Source: an uncultured Planctomycetia bacterium (GTDB lineage Bacteria; Omnitrophota; Gorgyraeia; Tantalellales; Tantalellaceae). Taken from it: a stretch of DNA of 64,000 bases. Shown here one piece after another: positions 19,642 through 29,572 of the stretch. Below the pieces are notes generated by a model. That model was not told where the DNA came from. It did not search any database and was given only the letters and a program-made list of their open reading frames with translations. The stretch's first letter is position 1, and each line of letters opens with the position of its first letter. The DNA lies in assembly GCA_964409365.1 (NCBI GenBank), contig CAYPCX010000003.1, positions 20,577-84,576 on the forward strand, in the 5' to 3' direction. Made by a program: the position numbers and the translations under genes.

Positions 19642-21258
19642 ATGACCAAGTATATCTTCGTTACGGGCGGTGTTGTTTCAAGTCTGGGGAAGGGTATCGC
19701 TTCGGCGTCCATGGGAAGGATCCTGGAGTGGAACGGTTACAGGATAGCGCTGGTAAAGTGCGATCCGTACATCAACGTAGACCCCGGCACGATGAACCCG
19801 TACCAGCACGGCGAAGTATATGTGACCGATGATGGGGCAGAAACTGACCTGGATCTGGGCCATTATCACCGCTATACCGGGTCGCCGCTTTCCAAGGCGA
19901 GCAACGTGACGACCGGGAAGGTCTACAGGAACGTCATCGAGAAGGAACGCCGCGGTGACTTCCTCGGGGGCACCGTCCAGGTCATCCCGCATATCACGGA
20001 CGAGATAAAGGACCAGATACGCCTGATAAAAAAAGAACACAAAAACGTGGATATCGTCATAGTGGAGATAGGGGGTACCGTCGGCGACATCGAGAGCCTG
20101 CCTTTTCTCGAGGCGATAAGACAGATGAAGAACGAACTGGGCCCGGGCAACGCGATAAACATGCATCTCACGCTCATGCCGTTCATAAAGAGCGCGGGAG
20201 AGGTGAAGACCAAGCCGACGCAGCACTCCGTCGGCAAGCTGCGAGAGATAGGCATACAGCCCGAGATACTGATGGTGAGGACGGAGAAGCACCTCGACAG
20301 GGCCGCTAAGGCCAAGATAGCCCTCTTCTGTAACGTGCACGAAGATTCGGTGATCGAGGCAAGGGACGTGGCCGACATCTACGAGATCCCGCTCATGTTC
20401 GAAAAGAACGGCCTCGATAATATCGTTCTGGAGAAACTGCGCCTCAAGCGGCGCGGAAAAAAGGACGCTAAAGGCTGGAAGAAGGTCGTCCATATCAGGA
20501 AAACGGCGAAGAAAGAAGTGAAAATAGCCGTGGTAGGCAAGTACATAACCCTGCAGGACGCGTACAAGTCCATCGACGAATCCCTGAAGCACGGCGCGAT
20601 AGCGAACGGCCTGAAACTCGATCTCGTGAAAATGGAATCGGATAACCTCGAAAAAAAGAAGCGTTCGGAGTTCAAGAAGATGTTCGAGGGCATCTCCGGC
20701 ATACTCGTGCCGGGAGGGTTCGGGGTGAGGGGGATAGAGGGCAAACTTGTGACCGCCCGGTTCGCCCGTGAGAACGGAGTGCCTTATTTCGGGATATGCC
20801 TCGGCATGCAGATAGCCGTAATAGAGTTCGCCCGCGACATGTGCGGCATGAAAGGCGCCAATTCCACCGAATTTAACCCAAAGACGAAATACCCGGTAAT
20901 ATCCCTTCTTACCGAACAGAAGAAAGTGAAAGAGATGGGCGGGACCATGCGGCTCGGCCAGTATAACTGCAGGTTAAAAAGAGGGACGCTCGCCCGCAAA
21001 ATATACGGCAAGCCCGAAGTGTGGGAACGTCACCGCCACCGTTACGAGTTCAACGGGACATACAAGGAAAGATTCCAAAAAAAAGGCATGGCCTTCAGCG
21101 GTATCCACCCCAGGGGCGATCTGGTGGAGATTGTGGAGATCAAGGACCACCCGTGGTTCGTCGCGGTGCAGTTCCACCCGGAGTTCAGGTCCAAACCGGA
21201 CAGGCCGCACCCGCTTTTCAAGGATTTTGTGCGGGCGGCGGCACAAGGCCCCCGATAG
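19642..21258 (+). CDS. pyrG: CTP synthase
   Basis: MTKYIFVTGGVVSSLGKGIASASMGRIL...; C-terminal GATase GICLGMQ...HRHRYEFN. Confidence 0.95.
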   Translation: MTKYIFVTGGVVSSLGKGIASASMGRILEWNGYRIALVKCDPYINVDPGTMNPYQHGEVYVTDDGAETDLDLGHYHRYTGSPLSKASNVTTGKVYRNVIEKERRGDFLGGTVQVIPHITDEIKDQIRLIKKEHKNVDIVIVEIGGTVGDIESLPFLEAIRQMKNELGPGNAINMHLTLMPFIKSAGEVKTKPTQHSVGKLREIGIQPEILMVRTEKHLDRAAKAKIALFCNVHEDSVIEARDVADIYEIPLMFEKNGLDNIVLEKLRLKRRGKKDAKGWKKVVHIRKTAKKEVKIAVVGKYITLQDAYKSIDESLKHGAIANGLKLDLVKMESDNLEKKKRSEFKKMFEGISGILVPGGFGVRGIEGKLVTARFARENGVPYFGICLGMQIAVIEFARDMCGMKGANSTEFNPKTKYPVISLLTEQKKVKEMGGTMRLGQYNCRLKRGTLARKIYGKPEVWERHRHRYEFNGTYKERFQKKGMAFSGIHPRGDLVEIVEIKDHPWFVAVQFHPEFRSKPDRPHPLFKDFVRAAAQGPR

Positions 21259-21266
21259 GAGACAAA

Positions 21267-22001
21267 ATGCCCAGAGGGGCAGGAGACAGGTTCCAGCGCG
21301 AAACGAAGTACATCCGCGGAAAAATGCCGGCCGGCACGCCTTTCTGGGAGGCGCAGCCCGGGACATACAAAGAATACCCGCGCGCGAAAAAAATAAAGCT
21401 TCCCGACCTTGTGTCCCCGGGGCGTGTTTCCGTTCTTGAGCTTCTGAAAAAAAGAAAAAGCGTACGGGATTTCACCGGCAAACCTATCGCGCCGCAGGAC
21501 CTGTCATACCTCTTGTGGGCCGCGTGCGGCGTGACAAGAATAGAATACGGGCACGAGTTCCGTACGGCGCCGTCCGCAGGAGCCCTTTATCCCGTCGAGA
21601 CGTACATCGTCATAAATGACGTGGAGACCATCCCGCAGGGCGTGTACCATTACTCGGCGCGGACGCATTCGCTTGATGAATTGAAAACAGGCGATTTCAG
21701 CGGCACGGTATCCGGCGCCGCGCTGGAGCAGTACATGTGCGCGACGGCGGCAGTCGTATTCATGTGGACCGCCGTGTTCGGGCGGTCAAAATGGAAATAC
21801 GGCGAAAGGGCCTACAGGTATATCTACCTCGACGCCGGGCATATAGCCGCTAACCTCAGCCTGGCGGCGGTCGATCTCGGTCTCGGGAGCTGCCAGATAG
21901 GCTCTATCTTCGACGACGAAGCGAACACGATAGTGGATGTGGACGGCGAAGGGGAAAGCGTCATCTATATGAGCGCCGTCGGTTATCCTGCTACCCCTTG
22001 A
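21267..22001 (+). CDS. SagB-type/nitroreductase-family FMN oxidoreductase
   Basis: ATG 21267 after GGAG; ...VRDFTGKPIAPQDLSYLLWAACGVTR...SAGALYPVETY...YRYIYLDAGHIAANLSLAAVDLGLGSC: nitroreductase fold signature. The upstream part of listed ORF 21021-22001 overlaps pyrG in another frame and is rejected. Confidence 0.7.
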   Translation: MPRGAGDRFQRETKYIRGKMPAGTPFWEAQPGTYKEYPRAKKIKLPDLVSPGRVSVLELLKKRKSVRDFTGKPIAPQDLSYLLWAACGVTRIEYGHEFRTAPSAGALYPVETYIVINDVETIPQGVYHYSARTHSLDELKTGDFSGTVSGAALEQYMCATAAVVFMWTAVFGRSKWKYGERAYRYIYLDAGHIAANLSLAAVDLGLGSCQIGSIFDDEANTIVDVDGEGESVIYMSAVGYPATP

Positions 22002-22073
22002 ATTTTCCCTACTAAAAGTATATAATTAACGCTTAATTCATTTAGGTGCTAAAACAATTTTTAAGGAGTTCAG

Positions 22074-23312
22074 ATGGCCAACTCTCCGAAACTGATAGAA
22101 AAAGCGGAAAAGCATTTCACATCCCTGGTACAGGACCAGCTCGACCGCATAGAGCGGATGAAAAAAGACGAGGACTGGATCGATTTTAAATCCCTCAAAC
22201 CGGTGATAATCGGCATCCTGCCGGGAGACGGCATCGGGAAGATAATATCCGTGCATGCCCGGCGCGTGCTCGAGCACATGCTGAAAGAGGAGCATTCCGC
22301 GGGCAGGGTCGAGTTCAGGGAGATAGAAGGGCTTACCATAGAGAACCGCGCCAGCAAAATGAAGGCCATCCCGGATGACGTACTCGCCGAGATAAAGAAA
22401 TGCCATGTGATCCTCAAGGGACCCACCACCACCCCGCAGGAGGGGGACAAATGGCCGAACATAGAGAGCGCGAACGTCGCCATGCGGCGCGAGCTGGACC
22501 TTTTCGCTAATGTCCGTCCGGTCAAAGTGCCGTCTGAGGGGATAAACTGGTGCTTCTTCCGCGAGAACACGGAAGGCGCTTACATACTCGGTTCGCGCGG
22601 TATAGACGTTACCGAGGACCTCAGTGTGGACTTCAAGGTGATAACCGAACAGGGCGCGGAACGCATTATCCGCATGGCGTTCGAGTACGCGAAGAATAAC
22701 CGCCTCAAGAGGGTCACCGCAGTGACAAAAGCGAACGTGGTCAAGACCACGGACGGAAGGTTTTCCCGCGTCGCCAAAAGGATAGCGGGGGAATACAAAA
22801 AATACGGTATCGAGCAGGACGAGTGGTATATAGACATCATGACGGCAAAGATCCTCGACCCGGCACGGCGCGCCGATTTCCAGGTCATAGTGCTCCCGAA
22901 CCTGTACGGGGACATCCTTACCGATGAAGCGGCGCAGCTCCAGGGCGGCGTGGGCACGGCGGGAAGCGCGAACATCGGCAAACGCTGGGCCATGTTTGAG
23001 GCCATCCACGGGAGCGCGCCCCGGATGGTGACCGAGGGCCGCGACATCTACGCGGACCCGTCATCGATGATACGGGCGAGCGCCATGCTCATTCGGCACA
23101 TAGGTTTTCCGGAAAGGGCCGACCGGCTGGACATGGCCCTCGAAGTATGCGGCCTGTTCGAGAAGAAGCTCGCGATAACCGGGCGCGACACAGGCGCGAC
23201 AGGCGAGGAATTCACGTCATATCTTCTTGACTGGGTCGACAGTCCCGAGCTTGAGGCGAAATGGAAGGGATACGTTAAGAGTAACCAGCAGCAAGCAGCA
23301 AGGGAAAAGTAA
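22074..23312 (+). CDS. Isocitrate/isopropylmalate dehydrogenase-family enzyme, most like NAD(P)-isocitrate dehydrogenase
   Basis: IIGILPGDGIGKII (GDGIG NAD(P) site) and NLYGDILTDEAAQLQGGVGTAGSANIG (family signature); 412 aa fits IDH length. Confidence 0.65.
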   Translation: MANSPKLIEKAEKHFTSLVQDQLDRIERMKKDEDWIDFKSLKPVIIGILPGDGIGKIISVHARRVLEHMLKEEHSAGRVEFREIEGLTIENRASKMKAIPDDVLAEIKKCHVILKGPTTTPQEGDKWPNIESANVAMRRELDLFANVRPVKVPSEGINWCFFRENTEGAYILGSRGIDVTEDLSVDFKVITEQGAERIIRMAFEYAKNNRLKRVTAVTKANVVKTTDGRFSRVAKRIAGEYKKYGIEQDEWYIDIMTAKILDPARRADFQVIVLPNLYGDILTDEAAQLQGGVGTAGSANIGKRWAMFEAIHGSAPRMVTEGRDIYADPSSMIRASAMLIRHIGFPERADRLDMALEVCGLFEKKLAITGRDTGATGEEFTSYLLDWVDSPELEAKWKGYVKSNQQQAAREK

Positions 23313-23404
23313 CAAGGAAAAAGGAACAAGTATCGAGTAGCTAGTAACCAGAGTTGTCTGGGAGCCGGTTGCAGGAAACGGGTTACTTGAAAAGTATAAG
23401 AACC

Positions 23405-24958
23405 ATGACAAATAATAACAGAAAAGAAGGCATACTGGTGATCGATTTCGGGTCGCAGTACGTGCAGCTTATCGCCAGGCGCATCAGGGAGAACCGCGTC
23501 CATTCCATAGTAGAGCCGCCTACCATATCCGCGGCGAAGATAAAGAAGATCAACCCGAGCGGCCTTATTTTTTCGGGTGGCCCCTCAAGTGTGTACGACA
23601 GGGGAGCGCCCGGCTTTGACCCGGGGATATTCGATCTCGGGATACCGATCCTCGGCATATGCTACGGCATGCAGGTGGTGGGGAAGCTGGCTGGCGGCAG
23701 GATCAGAAAAAGCGGCAAAAGGGAATACGGAAGGACCCTCGTGCGTTTTAAAAGGGGAAATCCGCTTTTCAAGGGTCTCAGCGCCGAAAGCGTCACCTGG
23801 ATGAGCCATCGCGACAAAGTAGAAAAACTCCCGAAGGGATTCCGCCCGATAGCCAGAAGCGGCAACACCCGCTGCGCTGCGTTCGCCGAAACAAAGAAGG
23901 AGATCTACGGCGTACAGTTCCATCCGGAGGTCGTCCACACCGAAGAGGGCAAAAAGATACTGAAAAATTTCCTGTTCGGTATCTGCGGGTGCAGGCGGAC
24001 ATGGACGATGAAGTCGTTCATCGAAAAGAAGATAAACGAAGTGCGCGAACAGGTGGGCGATCAGCACGTGGTGCTGGGCCTGTCGGGCGGTGTCGATTCT
24101 ACCGTGAGCGCCGTGCTCCTGCACAAGGCACTGGGGAAACGTCTCCACTGCATCTTCGTCGACAACGGGCTTCTCCGCAAGAACGAGGTGGAGAGGGTAA
24201 AGAAGCTTTTCACGCGGAACATAAAACTTGACCTGCGGGTGGTCGATGCCCGGCGCCGCTTCCTTAACGCGTTAAAAGGGGTCCGGGACCCCGAAAAGAA
24301 AAGAAAAGTGATCGGCAGGACCTTCATACGGGTCTTCGAGGAAAGCGCAAAAAAGATAAAGAACGCCACTTTCCTCGCGCAGGGAACGTTGTACCCGGAC
24401 GTTATAGAATCACGATCGTTCTTCGGGGGACCGAGCAAGACGATAAAATCCCATCATAACGTCGGGGGCCTTCCCAAAAAGATGGGGCTCGAACTCGTCG
24501 AGCCGCTCAGGGACCTTTTCAAGGACGAGGTCAGGGAGGTAGGAAAAGAGCTGGGACTTCCCCCGGAGATGACCGGCCGGCAGCCTTTTCCCGGCCCCGG
24601 CCTTGCCGTAAGGGTGCTCGGCCCGATCACGGAAGCACGTCTGGACATGCTGAGGGACGCCGACTGGATCGTCATCGATATAGCGAAAGAAAAAGGCATC
24701 TACAACAAGACCTGGCAGATATTCTGCGTGCTGCTCCTCGGGAAGAGCGTAGGTGTCATGGGAGACGCGCGCACGTACGAGAACACGATAGCTATACGGG
24801 CCGTCACGAGCGTTGACGGCATGACGGCGGACTGGGCGAAGATACCGTATGATGTCCTGGGGGACATATCCAACCGGATAATCAACGAAGTGGAAGGCGT
24901 GAACAGGGTGGTGTTCGATATCAGCTCGAAGCCCCCCAGCACGATCGAATGGGAATAA
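23405..24958 (+). CDS. guaA: GMP synthase (glutamine-hydrolysing)
   Basis: [21 protein letters not shown]... GATase; ATP-PPase SGGVDSTV; C-terminal dimerisation domain ...KPPSTIEWE. Confidence 0.93.
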   Translation: MTNNNRKEGILVIDFGSQYVQLIARRIRENRVHSIVEPPTISAAKIKKINPSGLIFSGGPSSVYDRGAPGFDPGIFDLGIPILGICYGMQVVGKLAGGRIRKSGKREYGRTLVRFKRGNPLFKGLSAESVTWMSHRDKVEKLPKGFRPIARSGNTRCAAFAETKKEIYGVQFHPEVVHTEEGKKILKNFLFGICGCRRTWTMKSFIEKKINEVREQVGDQHVVLGLSGGVDSTVSAVLLHKALGKRLHCIFVDNGLLRKNEVERVKKLFTRNIKLDLRVVDARRRFLNALKGVRDPEKKRKVIGRTFIRVFEESAKKIKNATFLAQGTLYPDVIESRSFFGGPSKTIKSHHNVGGLPKKMGLELVEPLRDLFKDEVREVGKELGLPPEMTGRQPFPGPGLAVRVLGPITEARLDMLRDADWIVIDIAKEKGIYNKTWQIFCVLLLGKSVGVMGDARTYENTIAIRAVTSVDGMTADWAKIPYDVLGDISNRIINEVEGVNRVVFDISSKPPSTIEWE

Positions 24959-24962
24959 GAAA

Positions 24963-24994
24963 GGTCTCAGGTTTCAGGTCTCAGGTTTCAGGTT
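24963..24994. repeat. Heptamer tandem repeat (GGTCTCAGGTTTCAGGTCTCAGGTTTCAGGTT) abutting the purL start codon
   Basis: 4 tandem YTCAGGT units between guaA stop and purL ATG; same CAGGT motif recurs at 27872, 28472, 32483. Confidence 0.8.
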
Positions 24995-27871
24995 ATGAAA
25001 TACGCAAGAATAGAAGTAAGGGACAAGAAGGGGATATATGACGCCGTTGCCGAGGGCCTGAAGAAGGACATAAGGGATCTGGGCATAACGGACGTCAGCG
25101 ACGTCGAATATTTTCAGGTGTATACGCTCCGCGGCGATCTTTCGAAAAAGGACTTAAGGCGCATAGCCGACGAGATACTCGCGGACAAGGTATCCCAGGA
25201 ATTCAACCTTACCGGCGGCTTCATCACGAAAGAGACCAAAAGCACCCGTCTGGTGGAGATCGCCTACAATCCCGGCGTCATGGACCCCGTGGAAGAGAGC
25301 GCCATAAAGGCCATAAAGGACCTCGGCGTCAGGGGGGTCAAGTCGGTCGCGACCTCTAAAAAATACGCCATCAAAGGGGCCCTTACGCGCGCGCGTCTCG
25401 CCAACATAACCGAGAAGCTCCTTTACAACAAAATAATACAACACGTGGTGACTTCGCAAGAGGACCGGAAGGAGCTCAAGAACTACAGTTTCCGTGCCGT
25501 GGAAATAGGTTTGCTGAACGCGGACGACCGGCAGCTGAAGCGTCTCAGCAGGGAAGGACAGCTTTATCTCAGCCTGGCAGAGATGAGGACGATACAGGAA
25601 TACTTCAGGGGGCTCGGCCGCAACCCTACCGAATGCGAGCTTGAAACGCTCGCGCAGACATGGAGCGAACACTGCAAACACAAGACGATGATGGGGACTA
25701 TTCAATATGGCGGCAGGACATACAAGAACCTCCTGAAAGAGACCGTCATGAAGGTCACGCGCGATCTTGACAAACCGTGGTGCGTGTCGGTCTTCAAGGA
25801 CAACGCCGGCATCATAGAGTTCGACTCTAAGCATAACATCTGTTTCAAGGTGGAGACGCACAACCATCCCTCGGCGTTAGAGCCCTACGGCGGGGCCGAA
25901 ACGGGTATCGGCGGCGTTATACGCGACCCGCTCGGCACGGGGCGCGGGTCGAAACCCATCATCAATACGGATGTCTTCTGTTTCGGCATGCCCGACATGC
26001 CGCGTTCGGCGGTCCCTAAGGGCGCGCTCCATCCGAAGAGGGTGATGAAGGGCGTGGTGAGCGGCGTCCGTGATTACGGCAATAAAATGGGCATCCCGAC
26101 GGTGAACGGCGCGGTCTGTTTCGACGAAAGATACACGGGCAACCCGCTTGTTTACTGCGGGAACGTCGGCATAATGCCGAAAAAGTTCTCTACAAAGAAG
26201 GTCTCCCCGGGCGACCTCATAGTCGTGATAGGCGGCAAGACCGGCCGCGACGGCATACACGGGGCCACTTTCTCTTCGGCCGAACTGACGACCGAATCCG
26301 AGACCATATCGTCGACCGCCGTCCAGATAGGCAATCCCATAACCGAGAAGAAGATGGTCGATACGCTCATGAAGGCGCGCGACCTGGGCCTGTACGACGC
26401 TATAACCGACTGCGGCGCCGGCGGGTTCTCCAGCGCCGTGGGCGAAATGGGCGAAAAGACCGGCGCGGAGGTGCACCTGGAAAAGGCTCCGCTCAAATAC
26501 AAGGGGCTCGAGCCGTGGGAGATATGGGTGTCCGAGGCGCAGGAACGGATGGTGCTGGCGGTCAAACCCGGAAAGCTCAAGAAGCTCATAGATATCTTCG
26601 AGAGCGAGAACGTGCAGGCCACCGTCATAGGGAAATTCACGGAAACGAAAAAGCTGCGCCTGTTCTACAAAGGGCACAAGGTAGCCGATATCGACATGTC
26701 GTTCGTGCATGAGGGCCTGCCGCGCCTTACGCGGAAAGCCGTCTGGAAAAAGGTGAAGGAAGACAGGAAGAAGCTTCCCGGGAAGAAGAAAGACCTCACG
26801 GGGGATCTTTTGAAAGTGCTCTCATCCTGGAACGTATGCAGTAAAGAATGGATAATCAGGCAATACGACCACGAGGTGCAAGGCGGGAGCGTTCTTAAAC
26901 CTCTCGTCGGCGTCGATGACGACGGCCCGGCTGACGCCTCCATAACAAGGCCGCTCCTGAACTCTAAACGCGGCATAGTCCTCTCGAACGGCATCAACCC
27001 CTCTTACGGTGATATCGACCCGTACTGGATGGCGGCAAGCGCGATAGACGAGGCGCTGAGACAGATAGCGGCCGTGGGAGGCGACGTAACGCGGACGGCG
27101 CTGCTGGATAATTTCTGCTGGGGCAGTACCGAAAAGGAACACCAGCTCGGAGGCCTGGTAAGGGCGTCGCAGGCCTGCTACGACATGGCAAAGGTTTACG
27201 GGACCCCCTTCATATCGGGGAAAGACAGCCTCAATAACGAGTTCAACTTGGGGAAGAGGACCGTATCGATACCACCGACACTGCTTATCTCCGCCATCTC
27301 GGTAATGGACGATGTCACCAGGTCCGTGTCATCGGATATCAAGGAAGCGGGAAATTCGATCTATGCCCTCGGCAGGACCAGCCAGGAAATGGGCGGGTCG
27401 CAGTATTTTCGCGTGAAAGGCCTCAGGGGCGGCGTCGTGCCGCGCCTCGACCCGAAAGCGTCATTGAAGCTGATGAAGAAGCTGAACTCCGCGATCCGTA
27501 AGGGTTTGGTGAGGTCGGCCCACGACTGTTCGGAAGGCGGAATAGCGGTAAGCATGGCCGAGATGCTTTTTTCGGGAGGGCTCGGCGCCGAAGTATCGCT
27601 TGGAAAAGTGCCCCGCGAGAGGTCGATCAAAAGGAACGATGTCATACTTTTCGCGGAATCCAACTCGAGGTTCCTTGTCGAGGTCGCCCCGGCGAACAGA
27701 AAAGCTTTCGAGGGTATCATGAAAGGCGTACCTTGCGCTATGATAGGCGAGGTCAATAAGGGTGATAAGCTTGTCGTCCGGGGTATCACGGGCGGAAAGG
27801 TCATAGAAGCGGGTTTAACGAAGCTGAAGAGCAGTTGGAAAAGACCGCTGAACAGGTTAATGCATGGGTGA
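24995..27871 (+). CDS. purL: Phosphoribosylformylglycinamidine synthase, PurS-PurS-PurL fusion (958 aa)
   Basis: Core FKVETHNHPSALEPYGGAETGIGGVIRDP (PurL signature); N-terminal ~200 aa contain two PurS-like modules (IEVRDKKGIYDAVAEGL..., VEIAYNPGVMDPVEESAIKAIKDLGVRGV). Confidence 0.88.
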   Translation: MKYARIEVRDKKGIYDAVAEGLKKDIRDLGITDVSDVEYFQVYTLRGDLSKKDLRRIADEILADKVSQEFNLTGGFITKETKSTRLVEIAYNPGVMDPVEESAIKAIKDLGVRGVKSVATSKKYAIKGALTRARLANITEKLLYNKIIQHVVTSQEDRKELKNYSFRAVEIGLLNADDRQLKRLSREGQLYLSLAEMRTIQEYFRGLGRNPTECELETLAQTWSEHCKHKTMMGTIQYGGRTYKNLLKETVMKVTRDLDKPWCVSVFKDNAGIIEFDSKHNICFKVETHNHPSALEPYGGAETGIGGVIRDPLGTGRGSKPIINTDVFCFGMPDMPRSAVPKGALHPKRVMKGVVSGVRDYGNKMGIPTVNGAVCFDERYTGNPLVYCGNVGIMPKKFSTKKVSPGDLIVVIGGKTGRDGIHGATFSSAELTTESETISSTAVQIGNPITEKKMVDTLMKARDLGLYDAITDCGAGGFSSAVGEMGEKTGAEVHLEKAPLKYKGLEPWEIWVSEAQERMVLAVKPGKLKKLIDIFESENVQATVIGKFTETKKLRLFYKGHKVADIDMSFVHEGLPRLTRKAVWKKVKEDRKKLPGKKKDLTGDLLKVLSSWNVCSKEWIIRQYDHEVQGGSVLKPLVGVDDDGPADASITRPLLNSKRGIVLSNGINPSYGDIDPYWMAASAIDEALRQIAAVGGDVTRTALLDNFCWGSTEKEHQLGGLVRASQACYDMAKVYGTPFISGKDSLNNEFNLGKRTVSIPPTLLISAISVMDDVTRSVSSDIKEAGNSIYALGRTSQEMGGSQYFRVKGLRGGVVPRLDPKASLKLMKKLNSAIRKGLVRSAHDCSEGGIAVSMAEMLFSGGLGAEVSLGKVPRERSIKRNDVILFAESNSRFLVEVAPANRKAFEGIMKGVPCAMIGEVNKGDKLVVRGITGGKVIEAGLTKLKSSWKRPLNRLMHG

Positions 27872-27996
27872 GTCAGGGTTCAGGTCACAGGTCACAGGTT
27901 GCAGGTCTCGGGTGACAGAGGACAGAAGGAAGTGTCATAGTGTCATCGTTCGTTGCAATCACTAGTGTCATAGAAAAGTTTGACACTTTGGCACTA
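27872..27996. repeat. Composite intergenic repeat element A: (CAGGT)n + 3x GTGTCAT + CGTTCGTT + TGACAC
   Basis: gggttcaggtcacaggtcacaggttgcaggtctcgggtgacag...agtgtcatagtgtcatcgttcgttgcaatcactagtgtcatagaaaagtttgacactttggcac; related copy at 32483-32680. Confidence 0.75.
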
Positions 27997-28046
27997 AAAA
28001 GCAGCCTGGAAACTGGTTACCGAAAACTAACGACTAACGACTGGAA

Positions 28047-28871
28047 ATGATGAAAAGGAAAGTAAAGACACTGATACTCAGGACGGCGGGCACGAATTGC
28101 GACAAGGAGACCGCGTTCGCTTTTGATCTGGCGGGAGCGGAAGCGGACCTGATGCACATAAACGCACTTATCCGTGACAGGTCCGCGCTGGATAGATATG
28201 ACATCCTGGCGATACCGGGCGGTTTCAGTTACGGGGACGACATCGCGAGCGGTAAGATACTCGCCAATGAGCTCCGGTTCTCTTTAAGGAGCCGTCTTCT
28301 CAGGTTCGTGAAAGAAGGCAAGCCCGTAATAGGCATATGTAACGGTTTCCAGATACTGGTGAAGATGGGGTTTCTGCCGGACCTTTCCGGCGACCCGGGA
28401 AGCCATATAGAAGCGACGCTCAGCCTGAACGATTCGGGAAAGTTCGAGGACAGGTGGGTATACCTAAAAAAGGTCTCAGGTGCCAGGTCTCAGGTGTCAG
28501 AGAAATGTATCTGGACGAGGGGGTTGCCCGAGGTGATCCAGGCCCCCGTGGCGCATGGTGAGGGAAAGTTCATGCCGAAGGACGACAGGGTGCTCGAGAA
28601 CCTCAAAAAGAACGGCCAGATAGTGTTCCGCTACACGGACAGGGAAGGTAACATCGAAGGCTACCCGCATAATCCTAACGGCTCAGTGGACAACATCGCC
28701 GGCATCTGCGACACGACGGGGAGGATCTTCGGCCTTATGCCGCACCCCGAGAGGCACGTGACTTTTCTGCAGCACCCGAACTGGAGGCGCTCTGACAGCG
28801 AAAAAAAAGCGATGGGTATCGGCCTGGAGATATTCAAAAATGGTGTGAAATTCGCGCGAAATTGTATATAA
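28047..28871 (+). CDS. purQ: Phosphoribosylformylglycinamidine synthase glutaminase subunit
   Basis: PGGFSYGDD, CNGFQIL (catalytic Cys), HGEG, MPHPER motifs. Confidence 0.9.
   Translation: MMKRKVKTLILRTAGTNCDKETAFAFDLAGAEADLMHINALIRDRSALDRYDILAIPGGFSYGDDIASGKILANELRFSLRSRLLRFVKEGKPVIGICNGFQILVKMGFLPDLSGDPGSHIEATLSLNDSGKFEDRWVYLKKVSGARSQVSEKCIWTRGLPEVIQAPVAHGEGKFMPKDDRVLENLKKNGQIVFRYTDREGNIEGYPHNPNGSVDNIAGICDTTGRIFGLMPHPERHVTFLQHPNWRRSDSEKKAMGIGLEIFKNGVKFARNCI
28472..28503 (+). repeat. Copy of the CAGGT/GTGTCAG repeat motif lying in-frame inside purQ (encodes ...KKVSGARSQVSEK...)
   Basis: aggtctcaggtgccaggtctcaggtgtcagag matches intergenic repeats at 24963 and 32510; this purQ segment is ~5 aa longer than the equivalent B. 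subtilis PurQ loop by my alignment from memory. Confidence 0.5.
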
Positions 28872-28908
28872 TAAAGTGATTTCATTTTGAACGAGAGGAG
28901 AAAAAGCC

Positions 28909-29571
28909 TTGAAAAGAAAACATGTCATGGAAAGCCTTCCAATTGAGGAGCCCTGGCGTGTCTTCAGGATCATGAGCGAATTCGTGGACGGGTTCGAGGC
29001 TATGAGCGGCGTGACCAACGCCGTGAGCATGTTCGGCTCCTCGCGGATGAAGTCAAACAACAGGTATTACAAACTCGCCGAACGGACCGCGGAACTTTTT
29101 GTCCGGAACGGCTATTCGGTCATCACCGGCGCCGGGGGCGGCATCATGGAAGCCGCTAACAAGGGCGCGAAAAAGGCCGGCGGCGAGTCGATCGGCCTGA
29201 ACATAACGCTGCCCGAGGAGCAAAAGGTGAACAAGTACGTGACCTACCCGCTGGAATTCCGCTACTTTTTCGTGCGTAAGCTCATGTTCGCCAAGTACAG
29301 CAAAGCCTTTATCGCTTTTCCCGGCGGGTTCGGCACCATGGACGAGTTCTTCGAAGTGGTAGCTCTTATACAGACCGAAAGGATCGACCCGTTCCCGGTC
29401 ATACTTGTCGGCAGCGACTACTGGAAAGGCATGCTGCACTGGATCAACAGCGTTTGCCTGAAGGCGGACGCGATGGAGAAGAAGGACCTGAACATATTTA
29501 CGATCACGGATGAACCGAAGAAAATACTTGAATGTGTCAATAAGTTCTACCATAAAAAGGGAGGCAGATAA
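28909..29571 (+). CDS. LOG-family nucleotide 5'-monophosphate nucleosidase (TIGR00730-type Rossmann protein)
   Basis: TTG start after GAGAGGAG; GAGGGIMEAANKGA and PGGFGTMDEFFE LOG signatures. Confidence 0.75.
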   Translation: MKRKHVMESLPIEEPWRVFRIMSEFVDGFEAMSGVTNAVSMFGSSRMKSNNRYYKLAERTAELFVRNGYSVITGAGGGIMEAANKGAKKAGGESIGLNITLPEEQKVNKYVTYPLEFRYFFVRKLMFAKYSKAFIAFPGGFGTMDEFFEVVALIQTERIDPFPVILVGSDYWKGMLHWINSVCLKADAMEKKDLNIFTITDEPKKILECVNKFYHKKGGR

Positions 29572-29572
29572 C

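Noticed and set aside
21021-21266. N-terminal 82 codons of listed ORF 21021-22001
   Set aside because: This stretch overlaps the 3' end of pyrG in another frame and is Pro/Gly/Arg-rich. The real nitroreductase start is ATG 21267 with a GGAG RBS.
22038-23009. 323-aa minus-strand ORF
   Set aside because: It is antisense to the icd-like gene, with no motif and no RBS. This is typical of GC-rich shadow ORFs.
23313-23404. Possible purine or ZTP riboswitch upstream of guaA
   Set aside because: I could not find the conserved ZTP (CCGCCUGGGCA-like) or purine-aptamer (three-way junction with conserved U-rich loops) signatures by eye, so this is left uncalled. An Infernal scan would settle it.
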